NCBI GenBank assembly: GCA_951406725.2
Contig: OX597817.1
Location: 94,736,001 to 94,800,000 of the forward strand
DNA: 64,000 bases
Direction of reading: 5' to 3'
Origin: Octopus vulgaris
Taxonomy: Eukaryota
The translations under genes were made by a program, and so were the position numbers. This document shows, one piece after another, positions 26,300-41,574 of this stretch (position 1 is the stretch's first letter; each line of letters begins with the position of its first letter). Below the pieces are notes generated by a model. It saw only the letters and a list, made by a program, of their open reading frames with translations. It was not told the DNA's origin and made no database searches.

Positions 26300-26428
26300 G
26301 TTTACCAACCACATGGTTCTCGGTTCAGTCCCACTGAATGACACCTTGGGCAAGTGTCTTCTGCTATAGCCTCAGCCCTACGGCCTTGTGAGTGGATTTG
26401 GTAGACAGAAACTGAAAGAAGCCCGTCG

Positions 26429-26484
<56 letters not shown>

Positions 26485-26718
26485 TGTGTATGTGTGTGTG
26501 TGTGCGTGTGTGTGTATTTGTGTGTCTGTGGTTGTCCCACCAACATTGCTTCACATGCTGGTGTGTTTACGTCCCCGTAACATAGCGGTTCGGTAAAAGA
26601 GACCGAGAGAATAAGTACCAGGCTTACAAAAAATAAGTCCTGGGGTCGATTTGCTCGACTAAAGGGGTGCTCCCGCATGGCCGCAGTCAAATGACTAAAA
26701 CAAGTAAAAAAATAAAAG
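26300..26718 (+). mobile_element. 3' remainder of the interrupted family A SINE (duplicate at ~32506-32928)
   Basis: B box ggttcagtccc, internal microsatellite, standard tail. Confidence 0.88.
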
Positions 26719-27030
26719 AATATATATATAAACTCATAAAATGACATCAGAGTTGGTAATTTTTGGATTAGTACAGTATAGTTCGTAATATCCGTGGGCA
26801 TCATCATTGACCCATTTAATCAGGCGAGAAAGAGTAAACATCCTTCTGTGAATCATCCAATTATACAGTATCGCCTAATGAAATGGATCAATGCTGATGC
26901 CCACGGATAATACGGACTACACTGCACTAATCCTAATGATACCGACTTTGATGTCAAAATCACGTGATCTGTGGAAACGTACGTCGCGATGTATATTCAT
27001 AAATTCCATCCTATAATTATTATCATTATT

Positions 27031-27418
27031 GAGTGAGAGAGCAGTGCATGCCATCAAAGTGGCACTGGGGTAAAATATACGGAGCCCAGTATATGAATCA
27101 TGACTACCCGTCTGATAAGGGTACACTAGGCACATGCATCACAACCATATGTGCACGACGTGGTGATCTCATATCAAGATAAACAGCACATGACCTTGCA
27201 GGTGGGGCCCAGTTAGAATTTTCTTGTGGTCGAGTAACACATCCTGCTCAAAAGGTCCCTGAATAAAGGTTGTTTAAGGATGTTGAATGAAACACACATT
27301 TCCGGAGGTGAATTATTCAAACTCCAAAGAATCCCTCTCAACACATGGCTATGATGCTCCCCCACTACTTCTGCTCGTGATCAGAGATGCACATATCGTC
27401 AGGCATTAAGGAACATGG

Positions 27419-27420
<2 letters not shown>
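27031..27420 (-). mobile_element. Non-coding (TAA)n-flanked repeat, unit 1 (duplicate 33241-33630)
   Basis: Starts gagtgagagagcag right after (TTA)n; homologous to 27472-27877 and 42005-42285; strand inferred from the shared fixed end. Confidence 0.75.
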
Positions 27421-27471
<51 letters not shown>

Positions 27472-27877
27472 GAGTGAGAGAGCAGTTCATGCCATCAAAG
27501 TGACACTGGGGTAAAATATACGAAGCCCAATATACCCATCATGACTACCCGTCTGATAAGGGTACACCAGACACATGCATCACAACCATATGTGCGCGAC
27601 ATGGTGATCTCATATCAAGATAAACAGCACATGACCTTGCAGGTGGGGCCCAGTTAGAATTTTCTTCAGGTTGAGTAGCCCATCCCGCTCAAAAGGTCCC
27701 TGAATAAGGGTTGTTTAAGGATGTTGAAAGAACCACCCATGTTTCCAGAGGTGAATTATTCAAACCCCAAAGAATCCCTCTCAACACATGGCTATGATGC
27801 TCCCCCACTACTTCTGCTCGTGATCAGAGATGCACATATCGTCAGCCACTAAGAGACATGCTCAACTGGTTAAGGTC
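27472..27877 (-). mobile_element. Non-coding (TAA)n-flanked repeat, unit 2 (duplicate 33682-34087)
   Basis: Diverged tandem partner of unit 1, separated by pure (ATT)n. Confidence 0.75.
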
Positions 27878-27888
27878 TATTATTATTA

Positions 27889-29225
<1,337 letters not shown>

Positions 29226-29247
29226 TATATACATATATATATATATC

Positions 29248-29316
<69 letters not shown>

Positions 29317-29507
29317 AAAAAACACACACACACACATATACACACACAGACACACAAGTTGAGTTTTATATATATAGATTTATTTGTATTGATGTATGTG
29401 TGCATACGTACATACCTGAGCTTGTTAGCACACCTATACATATTCTTTTATATATATATATATATACATATATACATATATATATATACACATATATATA
29501 TATATAC

Positions 29508-29587
<80 letters not shown>

Positions 29588-29652
29588 ATATGTATAGGTG
29601 TGCTAACAAGCTCAGGTATGTACGTATGCACACATACATCAATACAAATAAA

Positions 29653-29687
29653 TCTATATATATAAAACTCAACTTGTGTGTCTGTGT

Positions 29688-29763
<76 letters not shown>

Positions 29764-30318
29764 AACTTCCCGGCACATCTCCTTCTAGCCAACAAATCGT
29801 AGAACCACCAAAAATGGCTCACTTAAAGTTTAGGCGAATGAAAATTGAACTGCGCTATTTCTGTTCCGAAATTCATCTCGCAAGTGCAAAAATCGATAAT
29901 GTGTTTGTTTAGGCCTTATCCTATGCATTGAATAGTGAACTTTACTCAGTCAGCTGTTTGACGTGAACTGTGTTCACCACGCGTGCAAGCATGTGTAATT
30001 TGCATGAAAAAATAAAAAATCAAGATATAAAAACGAATCGCCGTAAACATTGTAGCAATTCGGCAAAGAAATGAATTTTAGGGATGTAGCCTGGAGGGTT
30101 TTTTCGTATTAATCGTTTGGACTTTGTGAACACATACCAATTGTTTTCATAACATTTTTAACGCTTTGAATTAAATATGACCATTTTGCGTTGAGTCTGC
30201 AGTTTGAATCACTTTAACCAAATTTTAGCAGGCCAGATTTTTGATCATCATGATACATCGCCAGCGACTCCCTGAAAATCTCCCCTGAAATCCCTGTTGA
30301 GCCGGGCAATACTGCTAG
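29653..30318 (+). mobile_element. Non-autonomous Helitron
   Basis: A|TCTATATATATAAAA 5' end; subterminal hairpin ccctgttgagccggg; CTAG|T 3' end. Confidence 0.75.
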
Positions 30319-30388
30319 TAAATTATAAAAGATTATATACATAGATACACATAAACATGACATAGAGGCACACACACACAAACATGAC

Positions 30389-30462
<74 letters not shown>

Positions 30463-30479
30463 CAAGAGAGTTAGAGGTC

Positions 30480-31110
30480 GTGGATCCAACCACTTAAGGG
30501 ATAATATCTCTCCAATATACTGTTGGTAGAATACCCATTTATTAATACACAAGTGTTTTTTATTGCATGGCAATTAAACTACTGAATGTAATAAATGGGT
30601 GGGGGTAAAAAGTTGTTTTACTCTTAATTTATATATTTATAAGAAATAAACCTAATACATATAAATTTATATGAATAAATATTAAACTATTTCTATGTAA
30701 TTTCTTTCCTCCTCTATTGTGGTAAACTTTGGTATATACTCAAAAGTATTCAAAAAAATTTATCCTTTTGGTTATAATCTTCTCTATTGATGTTAATAAG
30801 GTATATATACTTCATCATGGTTTTAGTGGTTAAGTTATTTTATTCCTTTTCTATGATGTTATACCTGATCATTTTATTATTTTATAATAGCCTTTATGAA
30901 ATAAAGCTAATATATATAAATTTATATGAATAACGGTGGTGCATCAGCATGGCCACAGCTCTGAGCTGAATAAAAAAATTAAACTATTACTATGTAATTT
31001 CTTTCCTCTTCTATTGTGGTAGATTTTGGTATATACTCAAAAGTATTCATAATTATTTATCCTTTAGATTATAATATTCTTCTTAATAATCTTTTTTGAT
31101 AATCCTAACC
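30480..31110 (-). pseudogene. Rearranged decayed PLE RT fragments (related pieces at 31900-32085 and 38240-38950)
   Basis: Minus-strand VFYQQYIG (motif 4-like) and FEYIPKF; internal direct repeats (30658-30780 vs 30912-31075; 30781-30903 vs 31903-32025). Confidence 0.4.
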
Positions 31111-31310
31111 CTGATAGGGCAATAAGAAAATGGAGGGGATCGAGAGTGGTATTCATCAACTTTTAGACATTATATTATGTCTATTTATTTATTTAAAAAA
31201 AAAACAACTATAATAATATACATACATGTATAACAGATTATGCTTTACATATATAAAAATACCAGTAATTATAAAAATATATAACGTAGAAGATAGAAAG
31301 TAGAATAGTT

Positions 31311-31432
31311 TCTTACAGCTGTTTCAGTCAAGAGGTCATAGTATCCCACTATACTTCCATCCCTTCAGTGAACTGAAGTCTTTGGTAGATAAAATTCAGG
31401 TACATGGGTGTGCCTCGGGGCTTCGTCAGAGC
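31311..31432 (-). ncRNA. Degenerate type I hammerhead-like motif (duplicate at 37484-37606)
   Basis: Reverse complement gct-CTGACGA-agcc...gact-GAAA-CAGCTG-TA-aga; same core and helix III as the 7415 motif; helices I and II weak. Confidence 0.6.
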
Positions 31433-31504
31433 GTTTAAAAAGTTCGTAAGGTTAAGTTATAAAATATAAGTAATACATATATACCCACTTCTACATACAC
31501 ACAC

Positions 31505-31569
<65 letters not shown>

Positions 31570-31758
31570 AAATGATGGTGAGAAATTAGATATCAATTTA
31601 ATTAACATCGATTTCACACCAGTGGTCTAGCATATAAAAAAACTGAAGGTTCAGTAAAATTCTATTATATACATATTAGAGGGAAACCACTATGTGGACC
31701 CTTATGCTAACAATATGCTAGCGTAAGGGTGTCCACATAGGGGTTTCCCTCTAATATG

Positions 31759-31789
<31 letters not shown>

Positions 31790-31812
31790 ACATATACATA
31801 CACATACATATG

Positions 31813-31885
<73 letters not shown>

Positions 31886-32085
31886 AGAAGTGTGTATATA
31901 AATCTCTATTGATGTTAATAAGGTATACATACTTCATCATGGTTTTAGTGATTAAGCTATTTTACTCCTTTTCTATGGTGTTCTACATGATCATTTTATT
32001 ATTTTATAATAGACTTTATGAAATATACCTAATTTTTGTACCCCTAGAAATTCATACTTAGCTTATATATAACAGTACTGGTATC

Positions 32086-32185
32086 NNNNNNNNNNNNNNN
32101 NNNNNNNNNNNNNNNNNNNNNNNNNNNNNNNNNNNNNNNNNNNNNNNNNNNNNNNNNNNNNNNNNNNNNNNNNNNNNNNNNNNNN
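32086..32185. other. Assembly gap (100 N)
   Basis: Run of exactly 100 n. Confidence 1.
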
Positions 32186-33628
32186 CCCTCGTTACAGAGT
32201 TTGAAACCTCACCTTATTGGACTATTTTGTAGTGGTTTATAAACTTAATTTTGTGTTTTAAGAAAGAAAAAAGAAAATATGTTAAGTAAGAGGTTTTAGT
32301 GCCTCCTCCTTGTAAAAAGTTCGAAACCTTATATTGATTTAAAAAAAAAAAAGAAAATATGTTTTCGAGAAAAATCCAATCGGCGGGTGTTGGGTTTCGT
32401 CTCTCATTTATTCATTATAATTCATTTTCATTCATTAATGTGTTTGTCCAGCCCGCAAAGCTCTTTGTACTGTCTATATGACAAATTTATGAAATAAAGT
32501 ATCTAGTTTACCAACCACATGGTTCTCGGTTCAGTCCCACTGAATGACACCTTGGGCAAGTGTCTTCTGCTATAGCCTCAGCCCTACGGCCTTGTGAGTG
32601 GATTTGGTAGACAGAAACTGAAAGAAGCCCGTCGTATATATATATATGTGTGTGTGTGTGTATGTGTGTGTGTGTGTGTGTGTGTATGTGTGTGTGTATG
32701 TGTGTGTGTGTGCGTGTGTGTGTATTTGTGTGTCTGTGGTTGTCCCACCAACATTGCTTCACATGCTGGTGTGTTTACGTCCCCGTAACATAGCGGTTCG
32801 GTAAAAGATACCGAGAGAATAAGTACCAGGCTTACAAAAAATAAGTCCTGGGGTCGATTTGCTCGACTAAAGGGGGTGCTCCCGCATGGCCGCAGTCAAA
32901 TGACTAAAACAAGTAAAAAAATAAAAGAATATATATATAAACTCATAAAATGACATCAGAGTTGGTAATTTTTGGATTAGTACAGTATAGTTCGTAATAT
33001 CTCGTGGGCATCATCATTGACCCATTTAATCAGGCGAGAAAGAGTAAACATCCTTCTGTGAATCATCCAATTATACAGTATCGCCTAATGAAATGGATCA
33101 ATGCTGATGCCCACGGATAATACGGACTACACTGCACTAATCCTAATGATACCGACTTTGATGTCAAAATCACGTGATCTGTGGAAACGTACGTCGCGAT
33201 GTATATTCATAAATTCCATCCTATAATTATTATCATTATTGAGTGAGAGAGCAGTGCATGCCATCAAAGTGGCACTGGGGTAAAATATACGGAGCCCAGT
33301 ATATGAATCATGACTACCCGTCTGATAAGGGTACACTAGGCACATGCATCACAACCATATGTGCACGACGTGGTGATCTCATATCAAGATAAACAGCACA
33401 TGACCTTGCAGGTGGGGCCCAGTTAGAATTTTCTTGTGGTCGAGTAACACATCCTGCTCAAAAGGTCCCTGAATAAAGGTTGTTTAAGGATGTTGAATGA
33501 AACACACATTTCCGGAGGTGAATTATTCAAACTCCAAAGAATCCCTCTCAACACATGGCTATGATGCTCCCCCACTACTTCTGCTCGTGATCAGAGATGC
33601 ACATATCGTCAGGCATTAAGGAACATGG

Positions 33629-33681
<53 letters not shown>

Positions 33682-34098
33682 GAGTGAGAGAGCAGTTCAT
33701 GCCATCAAAGTGACACTGGGGTAAAATATACGAAGCCCAATATACCCATCATGACTACCCGTCTGATAAGGGTACACCAGACACATGCATCACAACCATA
33801 TGTGCGCGACATGGTGATCTCATATCAAGATAAACAGCACATGACCTTGCAGGTGGGGCCCAGTTAGAATTTTCTTCAGGTTGAGTAGCCCATCCCGCTC
33901 AAAAGGTCCCTGAATAAGGGTTGTTTAAGGATGTTGAAAGAACCACCCATGTTTCCAGAGGTGAATTATTCAAACCCCAAAGAATCCCTCTCAACACATG
34001 GCTATGATGCTCCCCCACTACTTCTGCTCGTGATCAGAGATGCACATATCGTCAGCCACTAAGAGACATGCTCAACTGGTTAAGGTCTATTATTATTA

Positions 34099-34192
<94 letters not shown>

Positions 34193-34196
<4 letters not shown>

Positions 34197-35431
34197 GTTG
34201 TTTCACATGAAATGTCGTATTTGAAAGGTAACAATAAAATGTTTCAGAAGTGTTAGAGAACTGATTTAGTTAATCAAAGTATGATCCATGTTGATTTATG
34301 ACGTTTACCCAACGTTTCTCTATGTCATACATTCCATCTTTAAAAAGAATTCATGTTTTGCTGTGATAAGCTGTCCGAATGCTTCATTTACGTCTTCTCT
34401 ATTTAAGAATGTGTAATTGCTTATGAAAAGCTCAAAATGCTTAAATAAGTGATGATCAGTTGGAGAGATATCAGGAGAATAGGGAGGATGTTGCAAAATC
34501 TCATAATTCAGGCTTTGTAACTTTTGGACGTAGCTTGAGGAGTGTAAGGATGTGAATAGTCGTGGAGCAAAACTGGGTCATCTCTATTTAGTCTTGGTTG
34601 CTTCTTTTTTCAAATTCTCATGCATACAATCAATTTCCTGGCAATATGATGTTGCTGTTAACGTTTTTTTATTGCAAAAAATGAATAATGAATAACTCCC
34701 TTCGCAGACCATCATACAGTGACCACTAACTTTTTAGGGTGCAATAGTGGGTTTGGGCAGTGCTTAGGTGACTCTCCTGCATCTAATCACTGTCCTGTTC
34801 TCCTACTGTTGTCAAAGAGTAACCATTTCTCATCACAAGTAATGACTTGATGCAAAAATGGTCTTTTTCCAGTCCAGAAAACAATAAAGATCATACTTGG
34901 AGGTATCTATTTTTTTGAATCTCGTTCCGTTAATGTGTAACAAACTTACCCGTTTACTTGACTTTTCCAATTTTGTACAGGTGTCCAAAAACAGTTGTGA
35001 GATGTTTGGAGTTCTGATGAAAGTTTTCGAACCTTTGTTCTCGGATTTTGTTCAACCAAAGCATTTAATCCATCATCCCGAATAACTGGTTTAGCCTACC
35101 CCTTGGTTTATTTTCAAGGCTATCATCTCTTGATCGAGAGCTTTGGAACCATCTCTAAACAGTTCTGATGTCAACAAAACCATTACCAAAAGCTCGCTTG
35201 ATATTCCGTAGAGCTTCTGAGGCAGAGTGACCCAGTTTGTACTCATACGAGAAAATCACTCAACATAGTTTGGTTGTTATCATTTACATAAGCTCCGTGG
35301 GTACGAATTTTGCATATCATTATTTTTGGGAAAGAAAAAGAGTCAAAATTAAATTCAAGGTATACATAATTGAGTTTTTAAATGACTGAAATGATAATTA
35401 AAAATGCGACACTTCATGTGAAACAACCTTA
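34193..35431 (-). mobile_element. mariner transposon (duplicate of 27988-29225)
   Basis: Same TIRs and motifs. Confidence 0.9.
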
Positions 35432-35453
35432 TATATACATATATATATATATC

Positions 35454-35533
<80 letters not shown>

Positions 35534-35697
35534 TACACACACAGACACACAAGTTGAGTTTTATATATATAGATTTATTTGTATTGATGTATGTGTGCAT
35601 ACGTACATACCTGAGCTTGTTAGCACACCTATACATATTCTTTTATATATATATATATACATATATACATATATATATATACACATATATATATATA

Positions 35698-35780
<83 letters not shown>

Positions 35781-35845
35781 ATATGTATAGGTGTGCTAAC
35801 AAGCTCAGGTATGTACGTATGCACACATACATCAATACAAATAAA

Positions 35846-35880
35846 TCTATATATATAAAACTCAACTTGTGTGTCTGTGT

Positions 35881-35959
<79 letters not shown>

Positions 35960-36513
35960 AACTTCCCGGCACATCTCCTTCTAGCCAACAAATCGTAGAA
36001 CCACCAAAAATGGCTCACTTAAAGTTTAGGCGAATGAAAATTGAACTGCGCTATTTCTGTTCCGAAATTCATCTCGCAAGTGCAAAAATCGATAATGTGT
36101 TTGTTTAGGCCTTATCCTATGCATTGAATAGTGAACTTTACTCAGTCAGCTGTTTGACGTGAACTGTGTTCACCACGCGTGCAAGCATGTGTAATTTGCA
36201 TGAAAAATAAAAAATCAAGATATAAAAACGAATCGCCGTAAACATTGTAGCAATTCGGCAAAGAAATGAATTTTAGGGATGTAGCCTGGAGGGTTTTTTC
36301 GTATTAATCGTTTGGACTTTATGAACACATACCAATTGTTTTCATAACATTTTTAACGCTTTGAATTAAATATGACCATTTTGCGTTGAGTCTGCAGTTT
36401 GAATCACTTTAACCAAATTTTAGCAGGCCAGATTTTTGATCATCATGATACATCGCCAGCGACTCCCTGAAAATCTCCCCTGAAATCCCTGTTGAGCCGG
36501 GCAATACTGCTAG
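35846..36513 (+). mobile_element. Non-autonomous Helitron (duplicate of 29653-30318)
   Basis: Same TC...hairpin...CTAG ends. Confidence 0.75.
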
Positions 36514-36561
36514 TAAATTATAAAAGATTAACCCATACATAGAGGCATACACATAAACATG

Positions 36562-36636
<75 letters not shown>

Positions 36637-37678
36637 CAAGAGAGTTAGAGGTCGTGGATCCAACCACTTAAGGGATAATATCTCTCCAATATACTGTTGG
36701 TAGAATACCCATTTATTAATACACAAGTGTTTTTTATTGCATGGCAATTAAACTACTGAATGTAATAAATGGGTGGGGGTAAAAAGTTGTTTTACTCTTA
36801 ATTTATATATTTATAAGAAATAAACCTAATACATATAAATTTATATGAATAAATATTAAACTATTTCTATGTAATTTCTTTCCTCCTCTATTGTGGTAAA
36901 CTTTGGTATATACTCAAAAGTATTCAAAAAAATTTATCCTTTTGGTTATAATCTTCTCTATTGATGTTAATAAGGTATATATACTTCATCATGGTTTTAG
37001 TGGTTAAGTTATTTTATTCCTTTTCTATGATGTTATACCTGATCATTTTATTATTTTATAATAGCCTTTATGAAATAAAGCTAATATATATAAATTTATA
37101 TGAATAACGGTGGTGCATCAGCATGGCCACAGCTCTGAGCTGAATAAAAAAATTAAACTATTACTATGTAATTTCTTTCCTCTTCTATTGTGGTAGATTT
37201 TGGTATATACTCAAAAGTATTCATAATTATTTATCCTTTAGATTATAATATTCTTCTTAATAATCTTTTTTGATAATCCTAACCCTGATAGGGCAATAAG
37301 AAAATGGAGGGGATCGAGAGTGGTATTCATCAACTTTTAGACATTATATTATGTCTATTTATTTATTTAAAAAAAAACAACTATAATAATATACATACAT
37401 GTATAACAGATTATGCTTTACATATATAAAAATACCAGTAATTATAAAAATATATAACGTAGAAGATAGAAAGTAGAATAGTTTCTTACAGCTGTTTCAG
37501 TCAAGAGGTCATAGTATCCCACTATACTTCCATCCCTTCAGTGAACTGAAGTCTTTGGTAGATAAAATTCAGGTACATGGGTGTGCCTCAGGGGCTTCGT
37601 CAGAGCGTTTAAAAAGTTCGTAAGGTTAAGTTATAAAATATAAGTAATACATATATACCCACTTCTACATACACACAC

Positions 37679-37743
<65 letters not shown>

Positions 37744-37984
37744 AAATGATGGTGAGAAATTAGATATCAATTTAATTAACATCGATTTCACACCAGTGGT
37801 CTAGCATATAAAAAAACTGAAGGTTCAGTAAAATTCTATTATATACATATTAGAGGGAAACCACTATGTGGACCCTTATGCTAACAATATGCTAGCGTAA
37901 GGGTGTCCACATAGGGGTTTCCCTCTAATATGTATATATATATATATGTGTGTGTGTGTGTACATATACATACACATACATATG

Positions 37985-38033
<49 letters not shown>

Positions 38034-39008
38034 ATGTAGAAGTGTGTATATAAATCTCTATTGATGTTAATAAGGTATACATACTTCATCATGGTTTTAG
38101 TGATTAAGCTATTTTACTCCTTTTCTATGGTGTTCTACATGATCATTTTATTATTTTATAATAGACTTTATGAAATATACCTAATTTTTGTACCCCTAGA
38201 AATTCATACTTAGCTTATATATAACAGTACTGGTATCTTCACAATTTATAATAAACTGCTTAGATTATAATTTAATTAATATATAGTTAGCATGTTCTTT
38301 CGTCTCAGTACTCCTTTATTAAATACCAGTAAATGCCAATGATCTATCTTCAGAGATACCATCTCATAAGTTAATATTTAAATATATAATATGAATAAAT
38401 ATTAAACTATTTCTATGTAATTTCTTTCCTCCTCTATTGTGGTAAATTTTGGTATATATCTTTTTGGTTATAATACTCTTCTTAATAATCTTCTTGATAA
38501 CCCTAAATTTTAACTTTATACAATATAGCAATTTTGTTTAAAGTATTCAACTATAGTACTCCATGATAAAATTTTCCCCTTATTATCATCATTGGTTTTA
38601 CTAGAGTTTTGCCCCTTTAATTGATAACTAACATCTTGATTTAAGATTTTTTTCTTTTACTAAATCTCATTATATTGCTTCAAATTAATCTTGATAGTTT
38701 TATGACTATACCCACTATGATTTCTGTCGACTCCCTCAGCCCCTTTCCTAACAGACACTGCTCCCTGTTCCTTGGCCTTAGATTTTGATACAGAAAGATT
38801 TGATAAACAAGACTATAAATTAAAACTGGCCTCCAAAAACAGTGACAAGCTAGATCTCTTGCAAGTCTTTTTTCCTGATACCTTAGTAGCTTCTAAGCTG
38901 AAGTGAAGACAGTATGATCTTTGTCTATCTCCTTACCTTCTTGGAGGTTTTAGGTAAAATTATACTAATGTGTTCATCTGTTTTAATTTAATTTAATTCT
39001 ATGTATTT

Positions 39009-39096
39009 ATGCAGCTGAGGATTGTTCTGCATTAAAATTAATGTAATGGTTGCATTGTTCAGTTAAATGGAGTCGCTTGAAACGATCGTACTGCAT
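39009..39096 (+). ncRNA. Type I hammerhead-like motif
   Basis: Perfect 6-bp helix I atgcag/ctgcat; CTGAGGA (39015-39021); GAAA (39079-39082); palindromic helix III ACGATCGT; GUA site; base of helix II mismatched. Confidence 0.72.
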
Positions 39097-39819
39097 TACC
39101 TCTGGATATCCTGTTGCTTATTTTGATTTTAATCACCTTACTTTGAAACTGTATGGACAATACTGTACTAAATTCTAGTGCCTCAACTTAAGTACCTAAT
39201 TCATCTGAATCTATATATATATGTGTGAGTGTGTGTGTGTGTGTGTGTGTGTATACATATATATGTATGTGTACTTATATGCTTATATGTATGTGTGCAT
39301 GTGTGTGTGTGTATTTATGAATGTGTATGTATGTGTATATGTATGTAAACTAATAACAACATACATATTCTCTCTTTATTCACCACTATTTCTTCGTTCT
39401 GATACTATTATTGCTGTTTTTGCTGTCATTATTATTACTACGAAGATGGTGATGGTCGTGGAGGTAATTGTTGTAGTTGCTGTTGCTGTTGTGATTGATA
39501 TTATTGCAGTAGTGTGGGTAGTGGTTGTGTTTTTCTGTTTTTATATTGTTGTATTTCAATATATTTCTTTCTGTTTCTCTCTGATATAAGTTTTTACTAC
39601 ACCAACTCGGCCTATTGGTCGAAATTAATGATCGATATACATTTTTATCGATACCTTTCATGTATTTTGGCTTTTTTCAGCTTCACCAGCAGAAACTTTA
39701 GCTGTTCTTTAATATCGATATTGATCTTACTTTTATTTTCATTATATTTAGCTATTTTAGTAATTCTTATTTTTTATTTATATTGTGTAATTATTTTATC
39801 ATTTATTATTATCATCATT

Positions 39820-39905
39820 ATCATCATCCTCAACATCATCATCCTCAACATCATCATCCTCAACATCATCATCCTCAACATCATCATCCTCAACATCATC
39901 ATCAT
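39820..39905. repeat. 15-bp tandem repeat (CATCATCCTCAACAT)n within an ATC/ATT-rich tract
   Basis: About five exact units. Confidence 0.9.
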
Positions 39906-39916
39906 CATCGTTATCC

Positions 39917-39951
<35 letters not shown>

Positions 39952-40775
39952 GTTATTTCCATTATTTGTATCGCTCTTGTTGTTGTTATCACCATCATCA
40001 TCATCATCATCATTGGCCTCTTTTCAGCATGTGCCTGTAAGTTGAACAACGTAGTTGGGTGCCTTTGAAAAAACTAAACCTGGATCTGTGGAGGTTCCTT
40101 GACTGGTCCCCAAGTGGCTGTCCCCACCCCTGGTGAGGGACATTTCATTTCATTCCTTTTAGACATAGTTGTATGTCTGTATTATGAGCGAGTGAGTGTT
40201 CCTTTTTTCCACTATCGATTCCGTGTCAATCGCCACCAGCTTTGTCATCTGCCCATGTCATGTACTCCTCACTCGTCGGTTTTGTGGCATATAAAAGCAA
40301 TAATCATCATAGTCATCGTCGTCGTGGCTGTTGTTTTTGTTGTTATTCCTGCTGTTGCTGTTGTTGTTATTGCTAAGGCAGGGCAGGCAGTATTCCCCTG
40401 TCTGGTGGCAATGGCGAAAGAGGTTGAGTGGTGAATGAGGCTGAAAGAATTGAGGACAGATACCTTCCTCTTAGGTTTTAGTAAATATTAATAATATATG
40501 ATATAAAATTAGAAATATTAAATTTCTCAATATCTCATAGAGATATGTACGGTGGTGGAGCGATAGAGTGGTTGTATACTGTCAACTTAACGTGACAGTC
40601 CTGTAAGGGAATTACACTGCCGCTGTTTAGCCCTAGGAAGCATCGACGCTTCCTGTCGGCCTTGACACTTTTCCTGTGTCCTTATATATTTACGAAGGGG
40701 AGACAAACACCCCCAACAGCTAAAATACTCAAAATGAAAGTCATTAAGATTATTTTGTTGTTATTATCATCATCA

Positions 40776-40813
<38 letters not shown>

Positions 40814-41086
40814 GTTCATTTCTTTTTTCTTCTGCCAGCAATATTATTAACGTAGTAACGTGTAAAATGCTAATATTAGTGTGGAATGAAACGGAGGTGG
40901 AAGGTGGTCGAGCGAAGAAGGGAGGGAATTGGGGAAGGTCGTCGCTATAATTATTTTTACTCACTGACGTGCCAACTCATTTATATAAACAACATACATT
41001 ACTGGTCCACTGATAATAGACGAGACTGATACGCGATTCAGACGAGACTCAGTTATATTACTTGAGAGACAGACGGACTGACTGAC

Positions 41087-41169
<83 letters not shown>

Positions 41170-41499
41170 CATAGATAGATATATAGACAGACAGATAAAA
41201 AAGCGACCATATAGAAAGAAAGAAACACGCACATAGACACGAAAACAGTAAAAGTGCACGTTTGAGCTGTGTGTGTGTTCGCGCGGGCGCGTGTATAACA
41301 TGTTTTACATACAAATCATATGACAAAGTATCTGATCTGTGGCTAGATTCCTTTTCACTTGATTATTTTAATATTTTAATGTTTCTTATCGGATCACTAA
41401 TTTTACTTCGATGAAGGGATATTTTGACCTTATTACATACACACACATTTGCAATATTACATACACACACATACACACACATTTGCAATATTACATACA

Positions 41500-41538
<39 letters not shown>

Positions 41539-41574
41539 TTATGTGCGTGTACCTATGTATGCATAAGTTTACAT

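Larger units (their letters stand above)
32186..38237 (+). repeat. Copy 2 of the ~6.1-kb duplication
   Basis: Begins ccctcgttacagag (=25982) and matches through tggtatc (=32085). Confidence 0.97.

Noticed and set aside
40028-40132. Possible exon: ttttcag acceptor, WICGGSL (trypsin-like motif) and a gtgag donor
   Set aside because: Stops in the frames following the acceptor, no TAAHC motif and no partner exons; could be chance
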